Below, one piece after another: positions 22,752 through 37,400 of a stretch of 64,000 nucleotides of DNA. Positions within the stretch are counted from its first letter, which is position 1, and every line of letters begins with the position of its first letter. The stretch is from the NCBI RefSeq assembly GCF_963921235.1, contig NC_086108.1, positions 31,002,001 through 31,066,000 of the forward strand. Direction: 5' to 3'. This DNA is from Mobula hypostoma (Eukaryota). Both the position numbers and the translations under genes were made by a program. Under the pieces are notes generated by a model, which did not search any database, had not been told where the DNA came from, and worked only from the letters and a program-made list of their open reading frames with translations.

Positions 22752-23450
22752 CTGGGATCTGGGAATACAGGTCCATAACTCTTTGACGGTTGCATCGCAA
22801 GTAGATCGGTTCATAAACAATGCCCTTGGCACACTGGCCTTCATAAACCAAAGTGCTGAGTACTGGAGATGTGATGTTATATTGAAGTTGTATAAGAAAT
22901 TGGTGAGGCCTAATTTTAAGCTTTGTGTGCAGTTTTAGTCATCTACCTCCAGGAAAGATGTGAATAAGCTTGAAAGAGTACAGAGAAAATTTACAAGGGT
23001 GTTGCCGGGTCTGGAGGATCTGAGTTATATGGAAAGATTGAATAGGTTCAGATTTTATTCCTTGGTAAGTAGAAGATTGAGAGATTTGATAGAGGTATAC
23101 AAAATTATGAGGGGCATAGATAGGGTAATTGCAAGTAGGGTTTCTCCACTGAAGTTGAGTGAGACTACAAATGGAGTCATGGTTAAAGGTGAAAGGTTTA
23201 AGGGGAAAATGAGTGGAAACTTCTTCACTCAGAGGGTTGTGTGAGTGAAGGATGAGCTGCCAGCACAAGTGGTGCATGCAAGCTCGATTTCAACATTTAA
23301 GAGAAGTTTCGATAGGTTCATGGATAGTAGGGATATGGAAGGCTACAGTCCCAGTGCAGGTAGATAGGAGTAGGCAGTTTAAATGGTTTGGCACAGACTG
23401 GATGGGCTGAAAGGCCTGTTTCTGTGAGGTACTTTTCCCTGACTCTAAGA
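22752..23450 (+). mobile_element. 5'-truncated CR1 3' end
   Basis: ORF 22960-23244 (KLERVQRKFTRVLPGL...NFFTQRVV), followed by a CR1 3' UTR. Confidence 0.9.
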
Positions 23451-23739
23451 ATCTATGTGTAATTTGCCTTTAGTATGTACATGAGCGTTAGAATCTCGAA
23501 GGGTTTGATGGAAATGTAAGGAGAATAAAATAAGGATAAATGTAGGATGCTTATAATGGGCAATTGATAGTCAGCACAGACTAACTGGGAAATTTCTGTA
23601 TAAGTTTATAATATATCCATGACTATATCAATTCATGGTTGATAATTTTTTTTCTCATGCATTGATTGTGATCAAATTTCAGTGGTGAATGAATGGGTGA
23701 TGAAAGAGGAAGCAGTGAAGACTAATGCACAAGCTTATC

Positions 23740-24380
23740 GGTAATTGGTTTATTACATCACATGTACTGAGGTAGAGTGAAAAGTTGTTTCACATGCCAT
23801 AAATGCAGATCACTTCAGTACATCAGTACATCGAGGCAGTACAAAGGAAAATCAAGAAGAAAATGCTAATATAATGTTACAGAGAAAGTGCAGGGCAGGC
23901 AAGCAATAAGGTGCAAGGCCATGATGGCGTAGATTGTGAGATCAAGAGTGCATCTCATTGTATAAAAGATCCATTTAATAGACTTGCAACAGTGGGACAG
24001 AAGCTGTTTTCGAGTCTGGTGGCTGCCTGTAAGCAAACAAATCTCAGGTGTACCATCTATACATCTTTTGATAATAAATATATTTGAATCTATGTACTTT
24101 GGGAAGGGAAGAAGCCAGAATGTCTGGGATGAGAAGGGTCTTTGATTAAGTTGGAGGCTATAGTGAGGCTGCAGGGTGTGTTGACAAAATCCAACGAGGG
24201 ACTTCAGTTTTCACGATGTGCTGAGCAGTCTACAATTTCATGCCGTCTTGAGCAGAGCCTTTGCTATACCTAGCTATGATACATCAGCATAAAATGCTTT
24301 CTATAGTTTGTCTATAAAAAGTGGTGAAGGTCAATCAAGGCATGACAAATTTCCTTCGCCTCCTGAGGAAGTAGTGCACT
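23740..24380 (-). mobile_element. Old Rex1/Babar-like 3' fragment
   Basis: The minus strand reads YFLRRRRKFVM...TFTTFYRQTIESIL...IARYSK, followed by a 3' UTR ending in aataaacc. Confidence 0.65.
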
Positions 24381-25157
24381 TTCCTGAGCATGGCATCTAC
24401 AGGTATATGGCTGAACCAGAACAAGCAATTGATCTCATTTCAGTGAAAGAAAGTTGAACTTGATTAAATGGGATTGATTTCCTGAGTAAGTGAGGACATC
24501 AGTTACTTGGGGATCTACCCCTACAGCCAGACCTGCAATAAAATGCACTTGACTCAAAAATGCACCAACATTAAAGGAGATAGCTATGCTGTACAAGAAT
24601 GAATGATTAATCAAGCTTCATATCCCTGCATGCCACTTAATTGAACTTTTAAAAGAAGCTGAGCTGAAGGAAATGCTTGAGCAGTTACCTCTTTGTAGAA
24701 GCAAACAGGAAATTGGGCATATGAACGGAATGATCAAATCATGTGGTGACATGTTTATTTATATCTGACTGCCTGCCTGTCTCCTATGAAACTCTTGTGG
24801 TCTGGCTATCTATGAGTTTGGAATAAACCCCAACAAACACTGGAAATGTCAATTCCCAGATCATTACTGAAGTGAAATCTATTCATCAACTATTCAAAAT
24901 ACTAACTAGCCCAGAACTTTTTCGCATAACACAGAGGATGACCTTTCCTTGTGGAACAGGAGTGAATGGGAACTACAAGAAAGATTTGCTTCAACAATGC
25001 AAAGTTAAAATAAAGATGTTACAATAGTTTGAAGTTGTACTGGTCTACTCGTCATGGGTATTATATTGGTAAAAATCAACACCGGCCATTTTGGGGCTAA
25101 CTTTAACAACTTCTGAGGGGGAAAAAAACAGCCAGGATTGATCAGCTGTACACATCA

Positions 25158-25385
25158 ACATAGAAAGTACAGGATAGGAACAAGCCTTTTGGTCTACTGT
25201 GTCTGCACTGACAACCTTGCCAAGTTAAACAAATCCAACCTGCCTGCATGTCATCTATATCTATCTATTCAGTGCCCACTTGTTTGTCTGTTTAAATGCA
25301 TCTTAAATGTTGCTTCCAGTTAGAATATCAATATCTGCTTCTACCATCTCCTTTAATGACAATTCTATTGCACTGCGTGAAAAAA
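25158..25385 (-). mobile_element. Short CR1 3'-UTR fragment
   Basis: acatagaaagtacagga..ggaacaagccttttggtc matches the CR1 3' end in reverse orientation. Confidence 0.55.
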
Positions 25386-25399
25386 AAACGACTTGTCTT

Positions 25400-25483
25400 T
25401 GCTGCCACAATGAGGCCAGACTCAGGTTGGTTGAGCAACACTTCATACTCTGTCTGGGTAACTCCCAACTCCATGGCCTGAAC
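25400..25483 (+). mobile_element. Penelope-like GIY-YIG C-terminal fragment directly abutting the satellite
   Basis: It reads CHNEARLRLVEQHFILCLGNSQLHGLN. Compare CQDETTLRVEEQHL (1771-1980, minus) and LFHLGSLQPDGMN (21692-21730). Confidence 0.8.
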
Positions 25484-28400
25484 TATCATCTCCCAGCTTC
25501 ACAAGTTACCCCACATCCCCCTCACCTGGTCTCATATATCAACTCCCAGTTTCTCACATTATACCCCATCCCCTTCACATCGTCTCATATATCACCTCCC
25601 AGTTTCTCACGTTATCCCCCATCCCCCTCACCTGGTCTCATATATCACTTCACAGTTTCTCACCTTATCCCCAATCCCCCTCACCTGGTCTCATATATCA
25701 CCTCCCAGTTTCTCACATTATACCCCATCCCCCTCACATCGTCTCATATATCACCTCCCAGTTTCTCACCTTAACCCCCATCCCCCTCACACAGTCTCAT
25801 ATATCACCTCCCAGTTTCTCACGTTATCCCCCATCCCCCTAACCCGGTCTCATATATCACCTCCCAGTTCCTCACGTTATCCCCCGTCCCCCTCACCTGG
25901 TCTCATATATCACCACCCAGTTTCTCACCTTATCCCCCATCCCCCTCACCTGTTCTCATACATCACCTCCCAGTTTCTCACGTTATACCCCGTCCCCCTC
26001 ACCTGGTCTCATATATCACCTCCCAGTTTCTCACCTTATCCCCCATTCCCCTTACCTCGTCTCATCTATCACTTCACAGTTTCTCACCTTATCCCCCATC
26101 CCCCTCACCTCGTCTCATATATCACTTCCCCGTTTCACACGTTATCGCCCATCCCCCTCACCCGGTCTCATATATCACATCCCAGTTTCTCACCGTATTC
26201 CCCCATCCCCCTCACCTGGTCTCATATATCACCACCCAGTTTCTCACGTTATCCCCCGTCTACCTCACCTGCTCTCATATATCAACTCCCAGTTTCACAC
26301 CGTATCCCCCATCCCCCTCACCTCGTCTCATATATCACTTCACAATTTCTCACCTTATCCCCCATCCCCCTCACCCGGTCTCATATATCACCTCCCAGTT
26401 TCTCACCTTATCCCCCATCCCCCTCACCTCGTCTCATATATCACCTCCCAGTTTCTCACCTTATCCCCCATCCCCCTCACCCGGTCTCATATATCACCTC
26501 CCAGTTTCTAACGTTATCCTCCATCCCGCTCACCTGGTCTCATATATCACCTCCCAGTTTCTCACGTTATCCCCCATCCCCCTCACAAGGTCTCATATAT
26601 CACCTCCCAGTTTCTCACCATATCCCCCATCCCCCTGACCTGGTCTCATATATCAACTCCCGGTTTCTTACATTATCCCCCATCTCCCTCACCTGCTCTC
26701 ATATATCACCTCCCAGTTTCTCACCTTATCCCCCATCCCCCTCACCTCATCTCATATACCACTTCACAGTTGCTCACCTTATCCCTCATCCCCCTAACCC
26801 GGTCTAAAATATCACCTGCCAGTTTCTCACGTTATCCCCCGTCCCCCTCACCTGGTCTCATATATCACCTCCCAGTTTGTAACCTTATCCCCCATCCCCC
26901 TCACCTGGTCTCATAGATCACCTCCCAGTTTCTCACGTTATCCCCCATCCCCCTCAAGCGGTCTCAAATGTCACCTCACAGTTTCTCATCTTACCCACAT
27001 CCCCTTCACCTGGTCTCATATATCACTTCACAGTTTCACACCTTATCCCCCATCCCCCTCACCCAGTCTCATATATCACCTCCCAGTTTCTCACCTTATC
27101 CCCCATCCCCCTCACCTCATCTCATATACCACTTCACAGTTGCTCACCTTATCCCTCATCCCCCTAACCCGGTCTAAAATATCACCTGCCAGTTTCTCAC
27201 GTTATCCCCCGTCCCCCTCACCTGGTCTCATATATCACCTCCCAGTTTCTCACTTTATACCCCATCCCCCTCATCTGGTCTCACACATCACCTCCCAGTT
27301 TCTCACGTTATCCCCTATCCCCCTCAAGCGGTCTCAAATGTCACCTCCCAGTTTCTCATCTTACCCACATCCCCTTCACCTGGTCTAATATATCACTTCA
27401 CAGTTTCACACCTTATCCCCCATCCCCCTCACCCAGTCTCATATATCACCTCCCAGTTTCTCACCTTATCCCCCATCCCCCTCACCTCGTCTCATATATC
27501 ACCTCACAGTTTCTCACCTTATCCCCCATCCCGCTAACCCGGTCTCATATATCACCTCCCAGTTTCACACATTATCCACCGTCCCCCTCACGTGGTCTCA
27601 TATATCACCTCCCAGTTTCTCACCTTATCCCCCATCCCCGTCACCTGTTCTCATATATCACCTCCCAGATTCTCACGTTATCCCCAGGCCCCTCACCTGA
27701 TCTCATATATCACCTCCCAGTTTCTAACCTTATCCCCCATCCCCCGCACATGGTCTCATATATCATCTCCCAGTTTCTCACCTTATCGCCCATCCCGCTC
27801 ACCTGGTCTCATATATCACCTCCCAGTTTCTCACCTTATCCCCCATCCCCCTCACCCGGTCTCATATATCACCTCCCAGTTTCAAAAGTTATCCTCCATC
27901 TCGCTCACCTGGTCTCATATATCACCTCCCAGTTTCTCACCATATCTCCCATCCCCCTCACCTGGTCTCATATATCAACTCCCGGTTTCTTACCTTATCC
28001 CCCATCTCCCTCACCAGCTCTCATATATCACCTCCCGGTTTCTCACGTTATCCCCCATCTCCCTCACCTCGTCTCATATATCACTTCACAGTTTCTCACC
28101 TTATCCCCCATCCCCCTCACCTCATCTCATATACCACTTCACAGTTGCTCACCTTATCCCTCATCCCCCTAAACCGGTCTAAAATATCACCTGCCAGTTT
28201 CTCACGTTATCCCCCGTCCCCCTCACCTGGTCTCATATATCACCTCCCAGTTTCTCACTTTATACCCCATCCCCCTCATCTGGTCTCATGGATCACCTCC
28301 CAGTTTCTCACGTTATCCCCCATCCCCCTCAAGCGGTCTCAAATGTCACCTCCCAGTTTCTCATCTTACCCACATCCCCTTCACCTGGTCTCATATATCA

Positions 28401-31400
28401 CTTCACAGTTTCACACCTTATCCCCCATCCCCCTCACCCAGTCTCATATATCACCTCCCAGTTTCTCACCTTATTCCCCCATCCCCCTCACCTCATCTCA
28501 TATACCACTTCACAGTTGCTCACCTTATCCCTCATCCCCCTAACCCGGTCTAAAATATCACCTGCCAGTTTCTCACGTTATCCCCCGTCCCCCTCACCTG
28601 GTCTCATATATCACCTCCCAGTTTCTCACTTTATACACCATCCCCCTCATCTGGTCTCATAGATCACCTCCCAGTTTCTCACGTTATCCCCCAACCCCCT
28701 CAAGCGGTCTCAAATGACACCTCCCAGTTTCTCATCTTACCCACATCCCCTTCACCTGCTCTCATATATCACTTCACAGTTTCACACCTTATCCCCCATC
28801 CCCCTCACCCGGTCTCATATATCAACTACCAGTTTCTCACCTTATCCCCCATCCCCCTCACCTCGTCTCATATATCACTTCCCAGTTTCTCACGTTATCC
28901 TCCATCCCCCTCACCTGGTCTCATATATCACCACCCAGTTTCTCACGTTATCCCCCGTCTACCTCACCTGGTCTCATATATCACCTCCCAGTTTCTCACG
29001 TTAACCCCCATCCCCCTCACCTGGTCTCATATATCACCTCCCAGTTTCTCACCTTATCCCCCATCCCCCTCACCCGGTCTCATATATCACTTCCCAGTTT
29101 CTAACGTTATCCTCCATCCCGCTCACCTGGTCTCATATATCACCTCCCAGTTTCTCACGTTATCCCCCATCCCCCTCACAAGGTCTCATATATAACCTCC
29201 CAGTTTCTCACCATATCCCCCATCCCCCTCATCTGGTCTCATAGATCACCTCCCAGTTTCTCACGTTATCCCCCATCCCCCTCAAGCGGTCTCAAATGTC
29301 ACCTCCCAGTTTCTCATCTTACCCACATCCCCTTCACCTGGTCTCATATATCACTTCACAGTTTCACACCTTATCCCCCATCCCCCTCACCCGGTCTCAT
29401 ATATCACCTCCTAGTTTCTCACCTTATCCACCATCCCCCTCACCTCGTCTCATATATCAATTCACAGTTTCTCACTTATCCCCCATCCCCCTCACCCGGT
29501 CTCATATATCACCTCCCAGTTTCTCACCATATCCCCCATCCCCCTCACCTCATCTCATATATCACCTCCAAGTTTATCACGTTAAACCCTATCTCCCTCA
29601 CCTGGTCTCATATATCACCTCCCAGTTTCTAACCTTATCCCCCATCCCCCTCACCTGTTCTCATATATCACCTCCCAGTTTCTCACGTTATCCCCCGTCC
29701 CCCTCACCTGCTCTCATATATCATCTCCCAGTTTCTCACGTTATCCCCCGTCCCCCTCACCTGGTCTCATATATCACCTCCCAGTTTCTCACCTTATTCG
29801 CCCATCCCCCTCACCTGGTCTCATATATCACCTCCCAGTTTCTCACGTTATCCCCCATCCCCCTCACCTGGTCTCATATATCACCTCCCAGTTTCTCACC
29901 TTATCTCCCATCCCCCTCACCTGGTCTCATATATCACCTCCCGGTTTCTCACGTCATCCCCTATCGCCCTCACCTGGTCTCATATATCACCTCCAAGTTT
30001 CTCACCTTATCACCCATCCCCCTCACCTGGTCTCATATATCACCTCCCATTTCCTCACGTTCTCCCCCATCCCCCTCACCTGGTCTCATGTATGACCTCC
30101 CAGTTTCTCACCTTATCCCCCATCCCCCTCACCTGGTCTCAAATATCACCTCCCCGTTTCTCCGGTTATTCCCCATCCCCCTCACCTGGTCTCATAGAGC
30201 ACCTCCCAGTTTCTCACGTTATCCCCCATCCCCCTCACGCGGTCTCACATATCACCTCCCAGTTTCTCACCGTACCCCCATCCCCTTCACCTGGTCTCAT
30301 ATATCACCTCCTAGTTTCTCACCTTATCCCCCATCCCCCTAACCCAGTCTCATATATCACCTCCCAGTTTCTCAGGTTATCCCTCGTCCCCCTCACCTGG
30401 TCTCATATATCACCTCCCAGTTTCACACCGTATCCCCCATCCCCCTCACCTGGTCTCATATATCACTTCCCAGTTTCTAACGTTATCCTCCATCCCGCTC
30501 ACCTGGTCTCATATATCACCTCCCGGTTTCTCACGTTATCCCCCATCTCCCTCACCTCGTCTCATATATCACTTCACAGTTTCTCACCTTATCCCCCATC
30601 CCCCTCACCCGGTCTCATATATCACCTCCCAGTTTCTTACCTTATCCCCCATCCCCCTCACCTCATCTCATATACCACTTCACAGTTGCTCACCTTATCC
30701 CTCATCCCCCTAACCCGGTCTAAAATATCACCTGCCAGTTTCTCACGTTATCCCCCGTCCCCCTCACCTGGTCTCATATATCACCTCCCAGTTTCTCACT
30801 TTATACCCCATCCCCCTCATCTGCTCTCATAGATCACCTCCCAGTTTCTCACGTTATCACCCATCCCCCTCAAGCGGTCTCAAATGTCACCTCCCAGTTT
30901 CTCATCTTACCCACATCCCCTTCACCTGGTCTCATATATCACTTCACAGTTTCACACCTTATCCCCCATCCCCCTCACCCAGTCTCATATATCACCTCCC
31001 AGTTTCTCACCTTATCCCCCATCCCCCTCACCTCGTCTCATATATCACCTCACAGATTCTCACCTTATCCCCCATCCCGCTAACCCGGTCTCATATATCA
31101 CCTCCCAGTTTCTCACATTATCCACCGTCCCCCTCACGTGGTCTCATATATCACCTCCCAGTTTCTAACCTTATCCCCCATCCCCCGCACCTGGCCTCGT
31201 ATATCATCTCCCAGTTTCTCACCTTATCGCCCATCCCGCTCACCTGGTCTCATATATCAACTCCCAGTTTCTCACCTTATCCCCCTTCCCCCTCACTAGC
31301 TCTCAAATATCAACTCCCGGTTTCTTACCTTATCCCCCATCCCCCTTACCTGCTCTCATATGTCACCTCCCGGTTTCTCACGTTATCCCCCATCCCCCTC

Positions 31401-34400
31401 ACCTCGTCTCATATATCACTTCACAGTTTCTCACATTATCCCCCATCCCCCTCACCAGGTCTCATATATCACCTCCCAGTTTAACACCTTATCCCCCATC
31501 CCCCTCACCTCATCTCATATACCACTTCACAGTTTCTCACCTTATCCCTCATCCCCCTAGCCCGGTCTAAAATATCACCTCCCAGTTTCTCACGTTATCC
31601 CCCGTCCCCCTCACCTTGTCTCATATATCACCTCCCAGTTTGTAACCTTATCCCCCATCTCCCTCACCTGTTCTCATATATCACCTCCCAGTTTCTCACT
31701 TCATACCCCATCCCCCTCAACTGGTCTCATAGATCACCTACCAGTTTCTCACGTTAACCCCCATCCCCCTCAAGCGGTCTCAAATATCACCTCCCAGTTT
31801 CTCATCATACCCACATCCCCTTCACCTGGTCTCATATATCACTTCACAGATTCACACCTTATCCCCCATCCCCCTCACCCAGTCTCATATATCACCTCCC
31901 AGTTTCTCACCTTATCCCCCATCCCCCTCACCTCATCTCATATACCACTTCACAGTTGCTCACCTTATCCCCCATCCCCCTCACCCAGTCTCATATATCA
32001 CCTCCCAGTTTCTCACCTTATCCCCCATCCCCCTCACCTCATCTCATATACCACTTCACAGTTGCTCACCTTATCCCCCATCCCCCTCACCTCGTCTCAT
32101 ATATCACTTCCCAGTTTCTCACGTTATCCTCCATCCCCCTCACCTGGTCTCATATATCACCTCCCAGTTTCTCACCTTATCCCCCATCCCCCTCACCTCA
32201 TCTCATATACCACTTCACAGTTGCTCACCTTATCCCCCATCCCCCTCACCTCGTCTCATATATCACTTCCCAGTTTCTCACGTTATCCTCCATCCCCCTC
32301 ACCTGGTCTCATATATCACCACCCAGTTTCTCACGTTATCCCCCGTCTACCTCACCTGGTCTCATATATCACCTCCCAGTTTCTCACGTTAACCCCCATC
32401 CCCCTCACCTGGTCTCATATATCACCTCCCAGTTTCTCACCTTATCCCCCATCCCCCTCACCCGGTCTCATATATCACTTCCCAGTTTCTAACGTTATCC
32501 TCCATCCCGCTCACCTGGTCTCATATATCACCTCCCAGTTTCTCACGTTATCCCCCATCCCCCTCACAAGGTCTCATATATAACCTCCCAGTTTCTCACC
32601 ATATCCCCCATCCCCCTCATCTGGTCTCATAGATCACCTCCCAGTTTCTCACGTTATCCCCCATCCCCCTCAAGCGGTCTCAAATGTCACCTCCCAGTTT
32701 CTCATCTTACCCACATCCCCTTCACCTCGTCTCATATATCACTTCACAGTTTCTCACCTTATCCCTCATCCCCCTAGCCCGGTCTAAAATATCACCTCCC
32801 AGTTTCTCACGTTATCCCCCGTCCCCCTCACCTTGTCTCATATATCACCTCCCAGTTTGTAACCTTATCCCCCATCTCCCTCACCTGTTCTCATATATCA
32901 CCTCCCAGTTTCTCACTTCATACCCCATCCCCCTCAACTGGTCTCATAGATCACCTACCAGTTTTTCACGTTAACCCCCATCCCCCTCAAGCGGTCTCAA
33001 ATATCACCTCCCAGTTTCTCATCATACCCACATCCCCTTCAGCTGGTCTCATATATCACTTCACAGTTTCACACCTTATCCCCCATCCCCCTCACCCAGT
33101 CTCATATATCACCTCCCAGTTTCTCACCTTATCCCCCATCCCCCTCACCTCATCTCATATACCACTTCACAGTTGCTCACCTTATCCCCCATCCCCCTCA
33201 CCCAGTCTCATATATCACCTCCCAGTTTCTCACCTTATCCCCCATCCCCCTCACCTCATCTCATATACCACTTCACAGTTGCTCACCTTATCCCCCATCC
33301 CCCTCACCTCATCTCATATACCACTTCACAGTTGCTCACCTTATCCCCCATCCCCCTCACCCGGTCTCATATATCACTTCCCAGTTTCTAACGTTATCCT
33401 CCATCCCGCTCACCTGGTCTCATATATCACCTCCCAGTTTCTCACGTTATCCCCCATCCCCCTCACAAGGTCTCATATATAACCTCCCAGTTTCTCACCA
33501 TATCCCCCATCCCCCTCATCTGGTCTCATAGATCACCTCCCAGTTTCTCACGTTATCCCCCATCCCCCTCAAGCGGTCTCAAATGTCACCTCCCAGTTTC
33601 TCATCTTACCCACATCCCCTTCACCTGGTCTCATATATCACTTCACAGTTTCACAGCTTATCCCCCATCCCCCTCACCCGGTCTCATATATCACCTCCTA
33701 GTTTCTCACCTTATCCACCATCCCCCTCACCTCGTCTCATATATCACTTCACAGTTTCTCACTTTATCCCCCATCCCCCTCACCCGGTCTCATATATCAC
33801 CTCCCAGTTTCTCACCTTATCCCCCATCCCCCTCACCTCATCTCATATATCACCTCCCAGTTTCTCACCTTATCCCCCATCCCCCTCACCTGTTCTCATA
33901 TATCACCTCCCAGATTCTCACGTTATTCCCAGCCCCGTCACCTGGTCTCATATATCACCTTCCAGTTTCTAACCTTATCCCCCATCCCCCTCACCTGTTC
34001 TCATATATCACCTCCCAGTTTCTCACGTTATCCCCCGTCCCCCTCACCTGCTCTCATATATCATCTCCCAGTTTCTCACGTTATCCCCCGTCCCCCTCAC
34101 CTGGTCTCGTATATCACCTCCAAGTTTCTCAGAATATCGCCCATCCCGCTCACCTGGTCTCATATATCACCTCCCAGTTTCTCACCTTATTCGCCCATCC
34201 CCCTCACCTGGTCTCATATATCACCTCCCAGTTTCTCACGTTATCCCCCATCCCCCTCACCTGGTGTCATATATCACCTCCCAGTTTCTCACCTTATCTC
34301 CCAACCCCCTCACCTGGTCTCATATATCACCTCCCGGTTTCTCACGTCATCCCCTATCGCCCTCACCTGGTCTCATATATCACCTCCAAGTTTCTCACCT

Positions 34401-37400
34401 TATCACCCATCCCCCTCACCTGGTCTCATATATCACCTCCCAGTTCCTCACGTTATCCCCCATCCCCCTCACCTGGTCTCATGTATGACCTCCCAGTTTC
34501 TCACCTTATCCCCCATCCCACTCACCTGGTCTCAAATATCACCTCCCCGTTTCTCACGTTATTCCCCATCCCCCTCACCTGGTCTCATAGAGCACCTCCC
34601 AGTTTCTCACGTTATCCCCCATCCCCCACACGCGGTCTCACATATCACCTCCCAGTTTCTCACCGTACCCCCATCCCCTTCACCTGGTCTCATATATCAC
34701 TTCACAGCATCACACCTTATCTCCCATCCCCCTCACCCGGTCTCATATATCACCTCCTAGTTTCTCACCTTATCCCCCATCCCCCTAACCCAGTCTCATA
34801 TATCACCTCCCAGTTTCTCAGTTTATCCCTCGTCCCCCTCACCTGGTCTCATATATCACCTCCCAGTTTCACACCGTATCCCCCATCCCCCTCACCTGGT
34901 CTCATATATCACTTCCCAGTTTCTAACGTTATCCTCCATCCCGCTCACCTGGTCTCATATATCACCTCCCGGTTTCTCACGTTATCCCCCATCTCCCTCA
35001 CCTCGTCTCATATATCACTTCACAGTTTCTCACCTTATCCCCCATCCCCCTCACCCGGTCTCATATATCACCTCCCAGTTTCTTACCTTATCCCCCATCC
35101 CCCTCACCTCATCTCATATACCACTTCACAGTTGCTCACCTTATCCCTCATCCCCCTAACCCGGTCTAAAATATCACCTGCCAGTTTCTCACGTTATCCC
35201 CCGTCCCCCTCACCTGGTCTCATATATAACCTCCCAGTTTCTCACCATATCCCCCATCCCCCTCATCTGGTCTCATAGATCACCTCCCAGTTTCTCACGT
35301 TATCCCCCATCCCCCTCAAGCGGTCTCAAATGTCACCTCCCAGTTTCTCATCTTACCCACATCCCCTTCACCTGGTCTCATATATCACTTCACAGTTTCA
35401 CAGCTTATCCCCCATCCCCCTCACCCGGTCTCATATATCACCTCCTAGTTTCTCACCTTATCCACCATCCCCCTCACCTCGTCTCATATATCACTTCACA
35501 GTTTCTCACTTTATCCCCCATCCCCCTCACCCGGTCTCATATATCACCTCCCAGTTTCTCACCTTATCCCCCATCCCCCTCACCTCATCTCATATATCAC
35601 CTCCCAGTTTCTCACCTTATCCCCCATCCCCCTCACCTGTTCTCATATATCACCTCCCAGATTCTCACGTTATTCCCAGCCCCGTCACCTGGTCTCATAT
35701 ATCACCTTCCAGTTTCTAACCTTATCCCCCATCCCCCTCACCTGTTCTCATATATCACCTCCCAGTTTCTCACGTTATCCCCCGTCCCCCTCACCTGCTC
35801 TCATATATCATCTCCCAGTTTCTCACGTTATCCCCCGTCCCCCTCACCTGGTCTCGTATATCACCTCCAAGTTTCTCAGAATATCGCCCATCCCGCTCAC
35901 CTGGTCTCATATATCACCTCCCAGTTTCTCACCTTATTCGCCCATCCCCCTCACCTGGTCTCATATATCACCTCCCAGTTTCTCACGTTATCCCCCATCC
36001 CCCTCACCTGGTCTCATATATCACCTCCCAGTTTCTCACCTTATCTCCCAACCCCCTCACCTGGTCTCATATATCACCTCCCGGTTTCTCACGTCATCCC
36101 CTATCGCCCTCACCTGGTCTCATATATCACCTCCAAGTTTCTCACCTTATCACCCATCCCCCTCACCTGGTCTCATATATCACCTCCCATTTCCTCACGT
36201 TATCCCCCATCCCCCTCACCTGGTCTCATGTATGACCTCCCAGTTTCTCACCTTATCCCCCATCCCACTCACCTGGTCTCAAATATCACCTCCCCGTTTC
36301 TCACGTTATTCCCCATCCCCCTCACCTGGTCTCATAGAGCACCTCCCAGTTTCTCACGTTATCCCCCATCCCCCTCACGCGGTCTCACATATCACCTCCC
36401 AGTTTCTCACCGTACCCCCATCCCCTTCACCTGGTCTCATATATCACTTCACAGCATCACACCTTATCTCCCATCCCCCTCACCCGGTCTCATATATCAC
36501 CTCCTAGTTTCTCACCTTATCCCCCATCCCCCTAACCCAGTCTCATATATCACCTCCCAGTTTCTCAGTTTATCCCTCGTCCCCCTCACCTGGTCTCATA
36601 TATCACCTCCCAGTTTCACACCGTATCCCCCATCCCCCTCACCTGGTCTCATATATCACTTCCCAGTTTCTAACGTTATCCTCCATCCCGCTCACCTGGT
36701 CTCATATATCACCTCCCGGTTTCTCACGTTATCCCCCATCTCCCTCACCTCGTCTCATATATCACTTCACAGTTTCTCACCTTATCCCCCATCCCCCTCA
36801 CCCGGTCTCATATATCACCTCCCAGTTTCTTACCTTATCCCCCATCCCCCTCACCTCATCTCATATACCACTTCACAGTTGCTCACCTTATCCCTCATCC
36901 CCCTAACCCGGTCTAAAATATCACCTGCCAGTTTCTCACGTTATCCCCCGTCCCCCTCACCTGGTCTCATATATCACCTCCCAGTTTCTCACTTTATACC
37001 CCATCCCCCTCATCTGGTCTCATAGATCACCTCCCAGTTTCTCACGTTATCACCCGTCCCCCTCAAGCGGTCTCAAATGTCACCTCCCAGTTTCTCATCT
37101 TACCCACATCCCCTTCACCTGGTCTCATATATCACTTCACAGTTTCACACCTTATCCCCCATCCCCCTCACCCAGTCTCATATATCACCTCCCAGTTTCT
37201 CACCTTATCCCCCATCCCCCTCACCTCGTCTCATATATCACCTCACAGTTTCTCACCTTATCCCCCATCCCGCTAACCCGGTCTCATATATCACCTCCCA
37301 GTTTCTCACATTATCCACCGTCCCCCTCACGTGGTCTCATATATCACCTCCCAGTTTCTAACCTTATCCCCCATCCCCCGCACCTGGCCTCGTATATCAT

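Noticed and set aside
25307..25774. ORF fusing the GIY-YIG tail to the satellite peptide as a novel gene
   Set aside because: It starts in an antisense CR1 remnant at a non-ATG codon, lacks the catalytic GIY-YIG motifs, and stays open only because the monomer is stop-free.
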